This document shows, piece after piece, positions 51,888 to 64,000 of a DNA stretch of 64,000 nucleotides. Source of the stretch: Diadema antillarum (lineage: Eukaryota); the NCBI RefSeq assembly GCF_040938485.1, contig NW_027270904.1:3906001-3970000 (forward strand), given 5' to 3'. Position 1 is the first letter of the stretch. Each line of letters starts with the position of its first letter. A program made the position numbers and the translations under genes. The notes beneath the pieces were generated by a model, which saw only the letters and a program-made list of their open reading frames with translations, searched no databases and was not told the origin of the DNA.

Positions 51888-52702
51888 CTATTCCTGGACT
51901 GGTCTCACCCACGCCACGACGTAGGGGGCGACATAGTTAAGGTTGAATCCATACGGTCTCTGCGCCGAGGCGGACGCGGGGACGCAAGGGATCAAACATC
52001 CATTGGACGGCAAGACGGACTGGTACTGCTGCTGAACGCTGGTCACCGCTCCCGAGCGTCGGGGAAACGCTGACGACGTTGTGGCCGTGACGGACTGGCC
52101 GCTCAAGGAGGACGCTACAGCGGCAGTACTATAGGTCGGAGTGGCGTGTGTCGGCCTGGTTTGTGCCACAGTGAGGAGGGGTTCGGAGGGTTTCATGGCG
52201 CAGGCCATAGCCGTGCGGTTCAGCGGGGAGGGCAAGGCGTAATATTGGTTAGTATCTACAGTCAGTGGTGTCATGTAGTGGGCGGGCGGCAGACCGCGCG
52301 CTAGTATTCCGCCCTGTAATGTTCTGGCGGCACTTGTCACAGCCGATGGTTGTCTGCTCTCCGAGGCCAAGGCAAGGGAGAGAGTGTTACTCTCCTGCGG
52401 GGAAGTCTGCGTACTGGTGGTCGCCTCGCATTCCGTCGGACCCTCACCGTCTCTGGAGCGACCCGACCACGAGGTAGCAGCTGTCGAATCATTGTTGATG
52501 TCAAGCGTGGCCCTGACCTGCAGCAGGTGCGCAGTGAGGCCGACCACAACTTCGTCGTCCGGGGAAAACCCTTCGACGTCAACCAGGTACCTAATCGTCT
52601 CCTCCATGCAATCCTGAAATCCAGCGAGAATGGCATCGGTAGGTGAGCCGTCTTCAGACGATTCGGGTGGCCTGCTGGCCTGGTCCATGTCTGGAGGTGA
52701 AC
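51888..52702 (-). CDS. Hey/Hes-like bHLH-Orange protein, last exon (Orange domain plus S/T/P-rich tail)
   Basis: ttgctttgttatttccAG acceptor, phase 1. AGFQDCMEETIRYLVDVEGFSPDDEVVVGLTAHL aligns without gaps to the Hey Orange domain GFRECL.EV.RYL..VEG....DP....L.SHL; ends ...AWVRPVQE*. Confidence 0.85.
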
Positions 52703-52994
52703 CTGGAAATAACAAAGCAAAATATGGACGTTTTAATTTATTTGGGTTGCAATAGCACAAATCCCGATGTCATAACTTGTATCAAAGAGTGGGGAATCAT
52801 TGCATTTTGTATTCAGTCATGTATTATAATCAAACATACGCAAACTTCAACCACTCTCATCTTTCGACATAGGCCTATTCCCGTTTATCCATGTTACCGA
52901 AGATGCACACTGTCGCCATTCAGACAGCAAGGATGCTAGAATAATGGCTTACTCATTCTTCTCCCCCTTCGTAACGGGCGAGTGTTGCCGACCC

Positions 52995-53145
52995 CTGGGG
53001 CCCGATGCATAAAACTCCAACCGGATTTTTTTTCCGGTTGAAATCACAAAATTCCGGTTGGAAGCTCCCAACCAGAGTTTTTATGCAATGGATTTTACCT
53101 TCTTAGGTTAGCAACCTTAAAAAAGTTTTATGCAACGGGACCCTG
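52995..53145. mobile_element. PIF/Harbinger-like MITE in the Hey-like intron
   Basis: CTGGGGCCCGATGCATAAAAC ... GTTTTATGCAACGGGACCCTG inverted termini. Confidence 0.65.
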
Positions 53146-53829
53146 ATGGTTAGCCCCAGTTGACTAGCAATAATCAGCAAACGGTATTTTCTGTTGTAGT
53201 TGTGAGACTTCACTCAATGAGCTCTATATAAAGGTCACAATTACATTACTTAGCCTACGCAAAGATCCATTCTAGAAATCATAGACCTACTGTTGTAGGG
53301 CTATGTTGAAATCAATAGATTATTCTCTGCGTCACAAGCTGTTGGTATTTCCACCAATAGAGGGCGCGATGTCGCGGAAGCGTCTTCATGCTTGTTGAGA
53401 ACATCCCTATATCGTGCTGCTACAGTACATAGTATCTCCCGAAAATATTCGAGGGTTGATTTCTCCTACTCTCGTGAAGTTGCTTGAAAAAGTAATAATT
53501 TGAAATAGCAACAACACGATAATGAATTTCAACTTCTTGAAGACGGAAGAAAAAGAAGCTCCTTGCGATAATAACAGAGGACGCACCCAGGGACGCACTG
53601 CTTCTTCGGTAATCATTTAGCCAGAGTTTTTTTTTTTTTCAAAAGATGAGTAGTTACACATTGTTTGTTAAATTTTTCTTCCTTCCAAGGCATATACAAC
53701 CAAATGCTGGGAACATTTCCACAGCCGAAAGATTGGTTAGAAAGGAAATCAGGGGCTGCTTTTGGCGGGATCTATCGAAACGAACTTACGACCTAACTAA
53801 TTCCTAATCGGCCTATGTCAGCTTGGCAA

Positions 53830-53837
53830 TGTGGGAA
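53830..53837 (+). promoter_or_regulatory. Su(H)/CSL consensus site TGTGGGAA (another at 57331-57338)
   Basis: Perfect YGTGRGAA inside the Hey-like gene, a Notch-target family. An 8-mer also occurs by chance, and no paired site was seen. Confidence 0.25.
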
Positions 53838-55112
53838 AATAATCGAGTACATTGGGTCTAAGATGTTCAATATACAAAGAAACCACGTCGTGTATGTCAC
53901 AATTATTGATTACAGCTTGCTAGCGCAGGTCCTTCTACTTTCTTTGTTTATCAGGGGTTACTAAGCAACAATCGAGTGCCCGTTCTTCTGGAGCTTTTCC
54001 TCCATTATGCATCGTTTACAAGGTTGGTAAGCGCGGGGAAAGAGCTCGTGAAATCAGCCTTGGAAAAAAAGAAAGAGTCCCCCGCCGGCAGCGCACAACG
54101 GAATCTTGAAGCTGAAGACGGCGCTAAAACTGCCCCTTTGGCCATCCAGAGTTATCGATCATAACTCGTTCTGCCTGTCTGCCGCGCTTGCTCCGGCCTC
54201 CTTGTCAAACACACGACGCTCGCCGGAGGAAACGGGAGAGAATAGTGTGTCAATAGAGAGGCAGGAACCCCGGGAACCCTCGCCATCCATCGATGGGAAA
54301 AGAGATGATGTTTGCCTATTCAAGATGGGGATTCGTGTCCACAGACTGAGGAGGGAAATACTCCTCGCACAATTTGTCGAAATGAAGGATTTGCCCCTTT
54401 CGATTCCACTAGAGGAATTAGTGAGGGGAAAGTGCATATGATGCACTCGTCAACACGTAAAGCAGCAAAAAGGATAAAAATTGATTTCAGGGATTACCCA
54501 TGAGACCTTCGAAAGCCACGAAGACCAAGAACGAAGGTATACAGCACAATGGAGGCGATAAGATTTTAAATACTTGCATTAAAAACATCAGAGAAACACA
54601 TAACTGGCAGATGACTAATAATTTACATACATAAAATAATCTGTTACGCCATTTTTTTTTTTGTGGGGGGTGGGGCGGGGTGAAATTATCATACGACAGA
54701 TTCAGAGAGTTTCACGTTTGATATCCACATAGAAAATTTTATCTCATATTTATCCTAGCACTTGAAGGGGATATAGCTTAAGTATAGAGTTTATCAAATA
54801 CCTTTCAAAAATATATCTCTGTGTGTGTTTGTGTGTGTTTGTGTTGTGATGTTTTGATGCACAAAGAGAAAACCGTTTTCAAATGGCTTCAAATGGATTA
54901 AATTTGAATTAACCGTGCTGATGTTATCAAATTAACAATGATTATGATTTACTTTGCATTCTATTATAGCCGTTATTGGAGTGCTCCAAGGTACCGTTTA
55001 GAAGTAGTCTCAGTAAAGAGACTGTTTTAACCCTTTCTGTGGTAGAGATTTTGGACAGTGTTCCAACGCTAAAGTGTTATTGCATGAACTCCTTTCAAAG
55101 TGAGGCTCTTAC

Positions 55113-55230
55113 CAAATGCGTGACGTCGCCCTCTACGTTGAGAGCCGGGTCCACCTCCGGGTTCGTCTTGTGCTGACCTGAAGAACGCCACTGTTGTCTC
55201 CAAGAGACTCGCCTCATCAACACCGACAGT
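55113..55230 (-). CDS. Hey/Hes-like gene, exon carrying divergent bHLH helix 2; not in the ORF track in this frame
   Basis: tttcttttctttcaaccccaatcaAG acceptor (phase 0) and TTTG|GTAAGA donor (phase 1), matching the 52702 exon; 118 nt. TVGVDEASLLETTVAFFR compared with GSAKLEKAEILQMTVDHLK; same 0-to-1 phase as the Hey/Hes helix-2 exon. Confidence 0.7.
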
Positions 55231-55701
55231 CTTGATTGGGGTTGAAAGAAAAGAAATATCTTTGGTAAATCTCGTGAAAGAGGATCATATGACATTCTTG
55301 CACTCAGGATTTGATCAGTTTGCTCTGTGTAAGCAACATGTTTCACAATCCACACAACAGCATAAGGAATGAGTATTGGGAAGTACATTTACTATATTTC
55401 AAATGCAGAAAGGGCCGATAACGTGTCTTTCACTATTTAAGACTCAGGTCAATGACTCAAATTGTAGGTAACATGCCTCTGAAAAAGGTAATATAGTTGT
55501 AATTTTCCAAAAATTTTAAGCCGTGAAAATGGACTCTTCTTGTTCTCCCGTCCCTCCATCTCATTATTCTCTCTTTTTTTCTGCTTTTTCTTCACCATCC
55601 CCCAATCATCTCATCCAACCACGTCTTCACCATTGCCTCCATTATTCTAATCGTCAACCTCTTCATCACCATTCATCTTTATTAATATCATCGTTTTCAT
55701 T

Positions 55702-55964
55702 GTAGTCGTGACTGTGGCAAAGTGGATAAGACTCCCGACTTCTGATCGGAGGACCATAGTTTGATTCCGGCCCAGTGCTACTCGGGATGTTTTTACCCAC
55801 CACGTCCCTCTCGACCCAGTCAATTGTATAAATGGGTACCTAGCAACGCTAGGGTAATAAAAATGGCAGGGCCCTCTGGTAGAACAGTGACAACACTGCA
55901 AATGCTACCCTGGATAAATAAGACCATATCATTATTATTAGTAGTATTACTATTAGTATTAGTA
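55702..55964 (+). mobile_element. tRNA-headed SINE with (ATT/AGT)n tail running into an N run
   Basis: A box TGGCAAAGTGG (55715-55725), B box AGTTTGATTCC (55758-55768), central CTCTCGACCCAG..TGTATAAATGGGTACC block. Confidence 0.75.
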
Positions 55965-58287
55965 NNNNNNNNNNNNNNNNNNNNNNNNNNNNNNNNNNNN
56001 NNNNNNNNNNNNNNNNNNNNNNNNNNNNNNNNNNNNNNNNNNNNNNNNNNNNNNNNNNNNNNNNNNNNNNNNNNNNNNNNNNNNNNNNNNNNNNNNTTGC
56101 ATGGAAGGAATGGCTTATTGAGACCACTACAGCTCTAGACGATTGCGAATATCAATCTTCCGGAAAAAAAAAATCGTGCCTTCTAGCCCTAGCCCGCCCC
56201 CCCCCCCCCCTCCCCGCGCACTAATTCAATCTTGACTAACCAGTTTATTCCACGTCGTAATGTGAAGGTATTGCCTACCAATTAACAGCAAAGTATATGG
56301 TTTCATCGTACCTGTCTTCTCGTTAAAGCACAGTTCATGTTATACGATGGATTGCTCGCTGTATAATACTTCACTTTAGACTTAATAGATACCTTACATG
56401 AAATACAGCGCCACAAAACAAAACTTTGAAAATCCTATATGATAACACATCGTTATGCTCTCTTTATTCGACTCCTAGCCTACGGGGGAAAAGTGCATTG
56501 TCATGAAACTTGCCATAATACTGATCGATTTCTGTTATTCGTTAATGAATGGAAAGATGGAAGAAATATAGTGGGGGAGATGAATAAACCTTGCAATGAT
56601 AACAGTGGTACACGCGGGTGGGTTTCGAGCTGTATTCAACCAAACGTTCCGTCATTGTGACAACGCCCGCTGCACTCGATCTGAAGAATAGCGCGAGCAA
56701 ATCGCCCGTACCGTGAACACAGCACCTTTCATTTCATTGCTTCACAAGTTAAGGCCGTTTCTCCTCTCTTGATGAAAAAAGCTACCTCCTCTCGACACGC
56801 AGAGAGCACAAATTCACGTCTCTTTGTCCAGAATTCCATCGAGTGTAATCAAGAGCCTTTTGTATAGTATGCGAGGTTCATGGTTACGCGAGAGTGGCGC
56901 TGTCGAGGCTCCTACACATTGCTCACACTGAGTCATACATTTTGCACGCAAGTAATGGTGAACACGATACGAGACGCGCAGCGTTGACCACTTCACATTA
57001 AAAATCTTAATTGGGATTCGGTGTCTGATGGGCAGACATTACTTTGTAAAGAATCATGACACTTTGTCCACCTTAATAATGCTTCAAGACGAAATCCTGT
57101 GATAATCTTAATCAGTATATCATCTCGACAATTAATGTCTGCGATTTTCAAGCAGATCAGATTTACTATAGTGCTACAATACCAAAGGGATAATTTCCAA
57201 CAAGCCTCCTATATGTGCTTCTTATGATTCCACCATTTAAGACGTATGCCATGACAATTGCATTTGGACTTTTGTAAATGTTACTTATTATGCCTAAATA
57301 TAGAAATAAATGAATGAATGATATGCCGATTGTGGGAAAGATATCAATTCTTCACGTTCCATTCTTTCGCCACTAATTCTGTTGTTGCGTAAATTTAGCT
57401 ACTGCTGCTCGTCGCATATAGACCTCAGAAGAATCTCGTGAAAGCTCTGAGGAATAGCGAGAACTATCTTGGTGAAGTATGAGATTCTAGGTTAAGAATC
57501 AGAATACAGCATTTGATAGGTCCATCAGAAGGTAGTTATTTCAATCAATGTTATCAGGCGACATAAGTTGCGAAGCAGTCGTAGGTGGAGCTATTTAAAC
57601 CATGCACTTCCTTCTTGGGAACGTCATATAAACCTATGCCCCTGTGCAGGAGAGATTTTACGACTTGCTGCCGTGATATTAGACCAAATAAAACATGCTT
57701 TCCCTTGGAAACGAAAGACGGACAAAGACTTATGTATGATTTGTACCCATTCTTAACAATCACTCGTTCATTACGCGGTGAAGTCTGCACGGCAATGGTG
57801 TATAAGCCCTATGAGCGAAATAACGTGTTAAATGCAAGTATTCATATGATATCTTTTTTCCCTTTTACATGATATGATTTTATTTTGTAGATAATATCTA
57901 ATTGTTTATTGTCATATTGTTTCTATTGATGAGATCCCTCAGTAAGTGTACGATTGTGATTACTCACTCCCCCTCAAAATCCCTCTCAAGCATCCATAAT
58001 TATTGTGGTATTCAGACATGTTTCCATCTTTGGGGAATTTCTACTATTAGTTGATATTTCAACCCACACAGATCAGCGTGTGGCCTACGTTTTTATCCAC
58101 GTCTCTCAACTCTATTCGTTACCCTTGTGCAAGCCAGATTGATTAGAGTGCATTCATGACGGAAATTAAGCGCATTCAGAAACGAGATGTGAATGGCGCA
58201 CACAGTGCCCGAAGCATGTCGTGTAGACGTGCTTGTCTGAATTTTGTGTAATAAATGATTTAATGGAAACGTAGCGATGGTTTCAGC

Positions 58288-58655
58288 TTAAAGGCATTAT
58301 TTACCATCTGCTATAGAACAAAAACCCAGCTCTAGTGATTCAAAATAGTTCTAAAATGTGAGTTAGGGATAGAAACAACCAATGTAAAAATTTGAATCAG
58401 TATAATCAATTTTAATATTATTAAAAATACGAAATGTGAACAGCATTTATAATAAAAAATGTTTCTAGACTAAACCATGGTCAGTAATGGTTTATTGACA
58501 AAAATAGTGATATCTCCTTATAGGCTTTATAATATAGCGAGTTTTTTTTATATGGTAGGATGTTTTGTGATACAACTGACCTACAGATATGCATCAAATG
58601 TGATATCTCGAACAATTATTAAAGCACTGCTCCCAATGGTAAACAGGACCTTTAA
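58288..58655 (+). mobile_element. Kolobok/T2-type MITE family 2, copy C
   Basis: TTAAAGGCATTATTTACC ... GGTAAACAGGACCTTTAA. Confidence 0.85.
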
Positions 58656-59409
58656 CAGAGACAGTCTGAAAGAGATTACCAATGCTGGCAACATTATCAA
58701 ACACGGCTTTTGATTTCTCCCTTCGTCTCCACGATGTTCTCAGCGCTATAGACTTTTAGCGATGAACACAAAGCATTTGCTTGAGCGAGATGATCACAAA
58801 TTGGGGCACTGCACTAATTGCTCTGCCATGCTAGTATACATCTGTGGTATACGTGTAAATACTGGGGCTATGGAGCATAATTATAAAAAGAAATATGTTT
58901 GATATCATACCTACAATAATGAGATACTTCATCATACCGTATATAGTGGATGGTTGAGAGTTACTGCATTGTATCTTTTTTTAAGGGTTGATGAAGAAGA
59001 ACAGGTCAAAACAGGTTAAAATCAAACTTCTCCTGCAGGCATCAAATGCGATTATCTTTTTATCGAGAGAAATAATGGTGTGTTTCTTGAGACCAACATT
59101 ATCTCTAGGATTGGATTTTTATGGACTTCATTATATCTATTCAATTCATTCATTCATGTGTCATGATAACGAAAGACATGAGTGGGAAACAAGTAACTGT
59201 TGGTAAATTATGACAGAAAATGTCTATAGATTTAAAAATATAATAGATAAATGAAAAGACGACAAGAGGAAGGGGTACGGAACAGCAGAAAAAATGAACA
59301 TACTTTCAGCGAGCAAGGTTCAAACTACATGTATACGCACACACTATCTTTAAAGCTAAAGGGGAAGGTGTCAAGGTGATTATTCACTATTACTGCTGCC
59401 TGTAAATAT

Positions 59410-59451
59410 ACCACTGCTACTCTTACTGCTACTACTCTTCTGCTGCTGCTG

Positions 59452-59512
<61 letters not shown>

Positions 59513-59615
59513 AAGGCCTACTAGTACTATACAACTACTATTTACTGTACTACTATAGTGTACCACTACTATGGAGCTACAACAACCGCATGCTACTACT
59601 ATAGTACTATACTAC
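59410..59615. repeat. (CTA)n/(CTG)n microsatellite and decayed flank
   Basis: Directly visible; explains the poly-Ser ORF. Confidence 0.95.
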
Positions 59616-61219
59616 TGCAAAGTATTTCTATTGCTGCCTATACCGCTGATACTATGAAAACACATTCTTCCCACTGCTATACCGCTGTCTTATTTACTTT
59701 GATAAGAAATGCGGACCATCTTTTGAATTTGGTTGAGCAAGACCACATCGAGCATTAACACACCGATCACGCGACTGCATGTTGGCTCAAGTGCACACGT
59801 GCACATAATAGCAGAGAACAAAAATGTACAAATGGACAACAGAAAAAAAAAGAAGAAGGAGAAAAAGAACGAGAATACAATCGATATCATGGACAAATAT
59901 TAGAGCGGAGCTTACTCCTATAGATGCTGTGTGTCCCTTCCTTTGATATACAATGCACTTCTGCCTCTAGATTCAATCGTGCGTAAATGACAAAAAACAA
60001 ACAGAAGATGACATCGAACGTGCCCAGAACAAAAGAAGAGATACCCAATTTTCAACGCTCCCGTAACACCTCAATGCGTTTCCCGCCATACTTTTTTTCT
60101 CCCCCTGCGTCGGACAGTTTTGCCGCTGTCGTCTTTTTCGCGATTTTTTTTTCTTTTAACCGCGTCATTTCTCCTCTCGAAGCGAAGTGAGGTGTGATTA
60201 CTGTAAGTGGTTGTCGAGCCGAGAATTGAAAGGAACAAATCAGCAGAAACGAGGAGAAAATGAAATTTGACCTAGTAGCATTTCTCTTCAGATTTTTACA
60301 GTCTTGCTTGTTCTCCTTAAATGTCTGTCACTATGTACACCAAGAAATTAGGTTGATTGTGTCGATTTTTAGTTAAAGGCATATAGGCTCAATTCAATGT
60401 TGACTTTGACAAAGTATGATATCAAGCATAAAAGGCATAGAAGTTCAGTTAGCAAATCACACATAAGTAAGTAATAATCGAGTGTTTAAACTTACGTCCT
60501 TTCACAAAACAGTGACATCAATAATTTATGCTATTGCCATGTACATTTGATGCACCATAAACAACGCGAATGCAGAGTAAAATAACTTTATGCTCGTGAA
60601 TGTAGATCACTTTAAGAAGATAGCGAACACAACATCATTATTTAGATCTGCACAAAACCTGTGCTCATATCACTTTAATGTATTACAGTGTTATATGTGC
60701 TTGTATTTTAGAATGATTTTACGTTATCAAACCATTATTAAACCTTCGATCAAGTTTTGATTGGAGTGAACCAACAGAAAGAGGAATTACACTAGAGAAG
60801 TGAGTTGAAAGTAATACGTACATCAGCTTCTAAGCAATGTCCAGTCTCGCTAGAAAGAAAGCGCATGCATATATACGAGGCAGCTGAATAAAGTAATTTT
60901 TCATGCACTCGTTTAACGCGTTACTGTGGCGATTAGTTGATGATTCACGCGAAGCGTTCTTTAAAGGCGCCCATTGAGACGTCATGCTCCCTTTTTGTCG
61001 CTTGTATTCCAATTTTGTCTTATTACGTGCTGTGTCATTTGCCGACATCTTTCACACCCCAATCACCTTCTCAAAGTTTGCGGACCTAACCAGGATGCTT
61101 GATCAATGCTGAGTATGAGCTGTCAATTTGAGTGAATTCTCTCCTTCACTCTCTTTTTTACCATCTTTCCGTCTTTCTGCCTTCCTTTACTTTGCTTCAG
61201 TTGGTACCTTGATAACCAT

Positions 61220-61392
61220 GGGGTCCGTTTCATGAAGTCATCGCATAAGAGTCTTTACATAAATCTCAGAATAACCGAATCTGCTCATATGGAGCTATAT
61301 GGTACTTTCAAATCCATTTCATGAAGTCTCTCATTTAAGTGCGTCTTATGAGCGAAAAGTCTTTCATAAGACTTTCATGAAACAGACCCCTG
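61220..61392. mobile_element. PIF/Harbinger-like MITE
   Basis: GGGGTCCGTTTCATGAAG ... TTTCATGAAACAGACCCC inverted termini. Confidence 0.65.
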
Positions 61393-64000
61393 GGTCACCA
61401 ACTTACTTATTATTGTTCTGCTTTTATCACTGAAAGTATTTTGTTGTACTTCAACAGCGCCTTTTACCCGCTCCTAATATTTATGTCCCGTGCAGGAGGT
61501 TAAATTTAAACAAATTAATTAACCACAATAACGACCGCCCGTCACTTTTAGGATATCTGAATAATATTACATCCTCCCCCATCAAGTGCCACACTGCTTT
61601 CATCTTGAACTTATACGACCATCAAAACTTGGGCCGTGGAATATTGCGATATTGTCTAATGACAATCTTGGAATAAGAATTATAGATTGCATTATTACCA
61701 ACGTAATTATCGACATACATAAAGCTGACATTGTCTTTATCTATCACCACACTCTGTTGGCGATATAAATTAAAATTCTAATCAGCGATTTCAAGGCAGA
61801 CACATCAGCAAAATACGGTAGAGATATACAATGTGTTTTGCCTTTAAAATAGTCTACTGACCAATTCCATGTGGTATTGTAGCGCTCATCAACTCGAAAA
61901 CAACAACAACACTTCGGTCTTGAAAAGATATTGACTCCTATGCATTAATGGTATAATAAAATTTGGTGAACACGTGACAGCTCTCTCGAGTTGGTCAGTG
62001 CGGTATATAATGTTAACATTATGTTTCGATGCGAACAAAAACTTCTTAAACCCGAATAAATTCAAGGGGCGTTTAAATCTTTCTTTATCAATCATCCTGT
62101 AAATCTGATATTTCGCCCCACAGTTGAAAACTGTTGCTAAAAGGAGGACGAGCCAAAATGGCTGCTGCATTTAAGAAAAACGTTGCGCGAAGATAAAACG
62201 TAAAGGATAATAATAATAGCTTTCACTTTCTTTCGTTCTTCCTTTATTCCTGACGTGGGACGTCACTTAACTCCACCGAAACGCCAAAATTAATTAACAG
62301 AATGGCATCGAGCGAATGACGCGCTAATGCAATTAGGAGGACTACACTATCAAGGGATTTGACAATTTCTGTTGTTTCTTCGATTATCACGAGGGGCTGA
62401 AATGGTCTCCGTGGAATAATATCTTCATACTAACAGAATCGAGAGTTCTACTTTGTGGTTTTGCACCCCATTGCCACAGACGTGCTCTCCCGTTCGTCCG
62501 TTTGACAGGGGAAACAAATGAGTTTTATGGACTCTGGAGAAATTTCAGCACGGAGAGTGCAACAGCTTGTTTCACCATCACAGCAATAATGGTATTATAA
62601 CCTATCAACCTGTCAATCTCATCAGAGTTTTATCTGTGGATGCCATGGTGTCATAATATTTTACAATCGATTGATCTGATACAGATCACACAATAAATAA
62701 TCCCACGATACGTACGCTGATGCTAAGTACATTGTGGGCGTATGCTCTTCTCCAGTTTCGTTTTGTTTTGTCCTGATGTCTGACATAATTTCGACCTTTT
62801 TTAACAATTAGAATGATAAGACATGAGATCATACCTTCAAGCAGGATACCCCAACACAGGGTGGGGCTCTTGTCTTCTTTTTGTTTCAACCAAAGTGACT
62901 TAACCGCTCTGCCGAAACAATGTGATGACTGATAATTCTGAACTAAGGCAAGGGGAAATGACTCTTAAAAAACACGTATGACACCAGACTTCCAACTTAC
63001 TACACCAAGGTACAGTTGTACATTATTTGGCAGGGAATAAACGTTTGAGCATGGTGTTTTCTTTCTGTTCAATACATTTGTAAAATTCTAGTCAGTACAT
63101 ACACCTATTCTGAATCTAAATGTAGGTCCTGCCAATTGAAATTTACTCTTTAGAACATGCAGGACAACTACTATCATATCATGTGCCCTAACTGAAACAT
63201 GTTTATTGTGATCAGCCTTATCCTTACCATTATTTTGAATAATACCACTCGTAATCACTTCTCGTCCCGATATTGATTTCAAATTTGTCACGCATACACA
63301 TACATACAAACACACAAAGCGTTCTCTGGTTTATTTACAGGAAGATGATCCTTGTGGATCTCTTTAACATCTTCACGTGCAAATGCTCTCCACGTACAAT
63401 AAAATGTGATGGCAGTAGCGCTCAGTGATTCAATATCAACTTAGTTCTCATTTCCGCTTTGTATCACAGCAATTGATTTCTCTTTGGTTTATAACGAGTC
63501 AATTCCTTTCCTCGAGTGTAGTACGTCCGCAGTGCTCGGGTAAAATTATTTCCTTGATGACTCCAACATGTGATCATTTTGCCGAAACGGAAGTTTTCAA
63601 CGGCCAAGCGAAGTGTACGTATACCTCCTATGCATAATGCTTTTTAAATTGAAATTTCATGTAGAAAAGTGCAAGACGTCTTTTGACGTTAAACTTCGCG
63701 TCGCCGCGGAGGGGGCATTTTTTTGTGGAATGGGCTACAGTCGGCAAAGGTCTGGATAAATAGATAAAATCTAAAACGGCAGGTAACCAGAAAAGCATCA
63801 AAGAATATCCCACAAGAAATTTTCAAAGTATAGGCCCTACAGTTATGAGGACGGTCGCTGCTCCTCACTTTCCCTTCGTATTCTGTTGCGTTTGTCAAAA
63901 AGGTAGCTACCTTACGTAGGCCTACAAGACTAAGAGCTGGCATGTTTACCAAACCACACACCGATTCGCACGCACGCGATAGAGTATTGCACGAAAATTA

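Larger units (their letters stand above)
17279..56096. other. Seven N runs: 17279-17419, 27292-27456, 42619-42790, 44258-44445, 47131-47274, 48218-48436, 55965-56096
   Basis: Variable lengths (132-219 nt), several flanked by microsatellite starts; masked simple repeats or small gaps. ORFs crossing them are artefacts. Confidence 0.9.

Noticed and set aside
60050-60200. MTRLKEKKSRKRRQRQ…EKK|GTATGG as first exon/basic region of the Hey-like gene
   Set aside because: Basic residues derive from A-rich low-complexity sequence; no EKRRR.RIN motif. Possible but not supportable.

Overview
AT-rich metazoan genomic DNA with spliceosomal introns, microsatellites and seven short N runs. The repeat families look echinoderm/sea-urchin-like (inference). 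There are no prokaryotic features, rRNA or CRISPR. Five genes are supported, and most of their spliced structure is missing from the ORF track. (1) The 5' end of ASCC3 on the minus strand: three coding exons with matching phases, continuing off the left edge. (2) A LamG-like/ConA jellyroll terminal exon on the plus strand. (3) A single-exon NHL/TolB-like beta-propeller ORF on the minus strand. (4) A CD225/dispanin (PRRT/IFITM-like) gene on the minus strand, three exons found and first exon not located. (5) A divergent Hey/Hes bHLH-Orange gene on the minus strand, two exons found and the basic/helix-1 exon not located. The rest is transposon debris: CR1/L2-group LINEs, three TTAA-flanked Kolobok/T2-type MITE families, TA-flanked MITEs, a Helentron-type HINE, tRNA- and Deu-type SINEs and long foldback elements. 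The most unusual structures are an ~840-bp locally templated insertion bounded by a 29-bp duplication inside the CD225 intron, a MITE bounded by a ~70-bp duplication, a HINE carrying four RFX X-box palindromes, and the Hey-like protein lacking the EKA and W/YRPW hallmarks. All family calls come from motif recognition by eye; no searches were run. I found nothing I can call a demonstrated new biological system.
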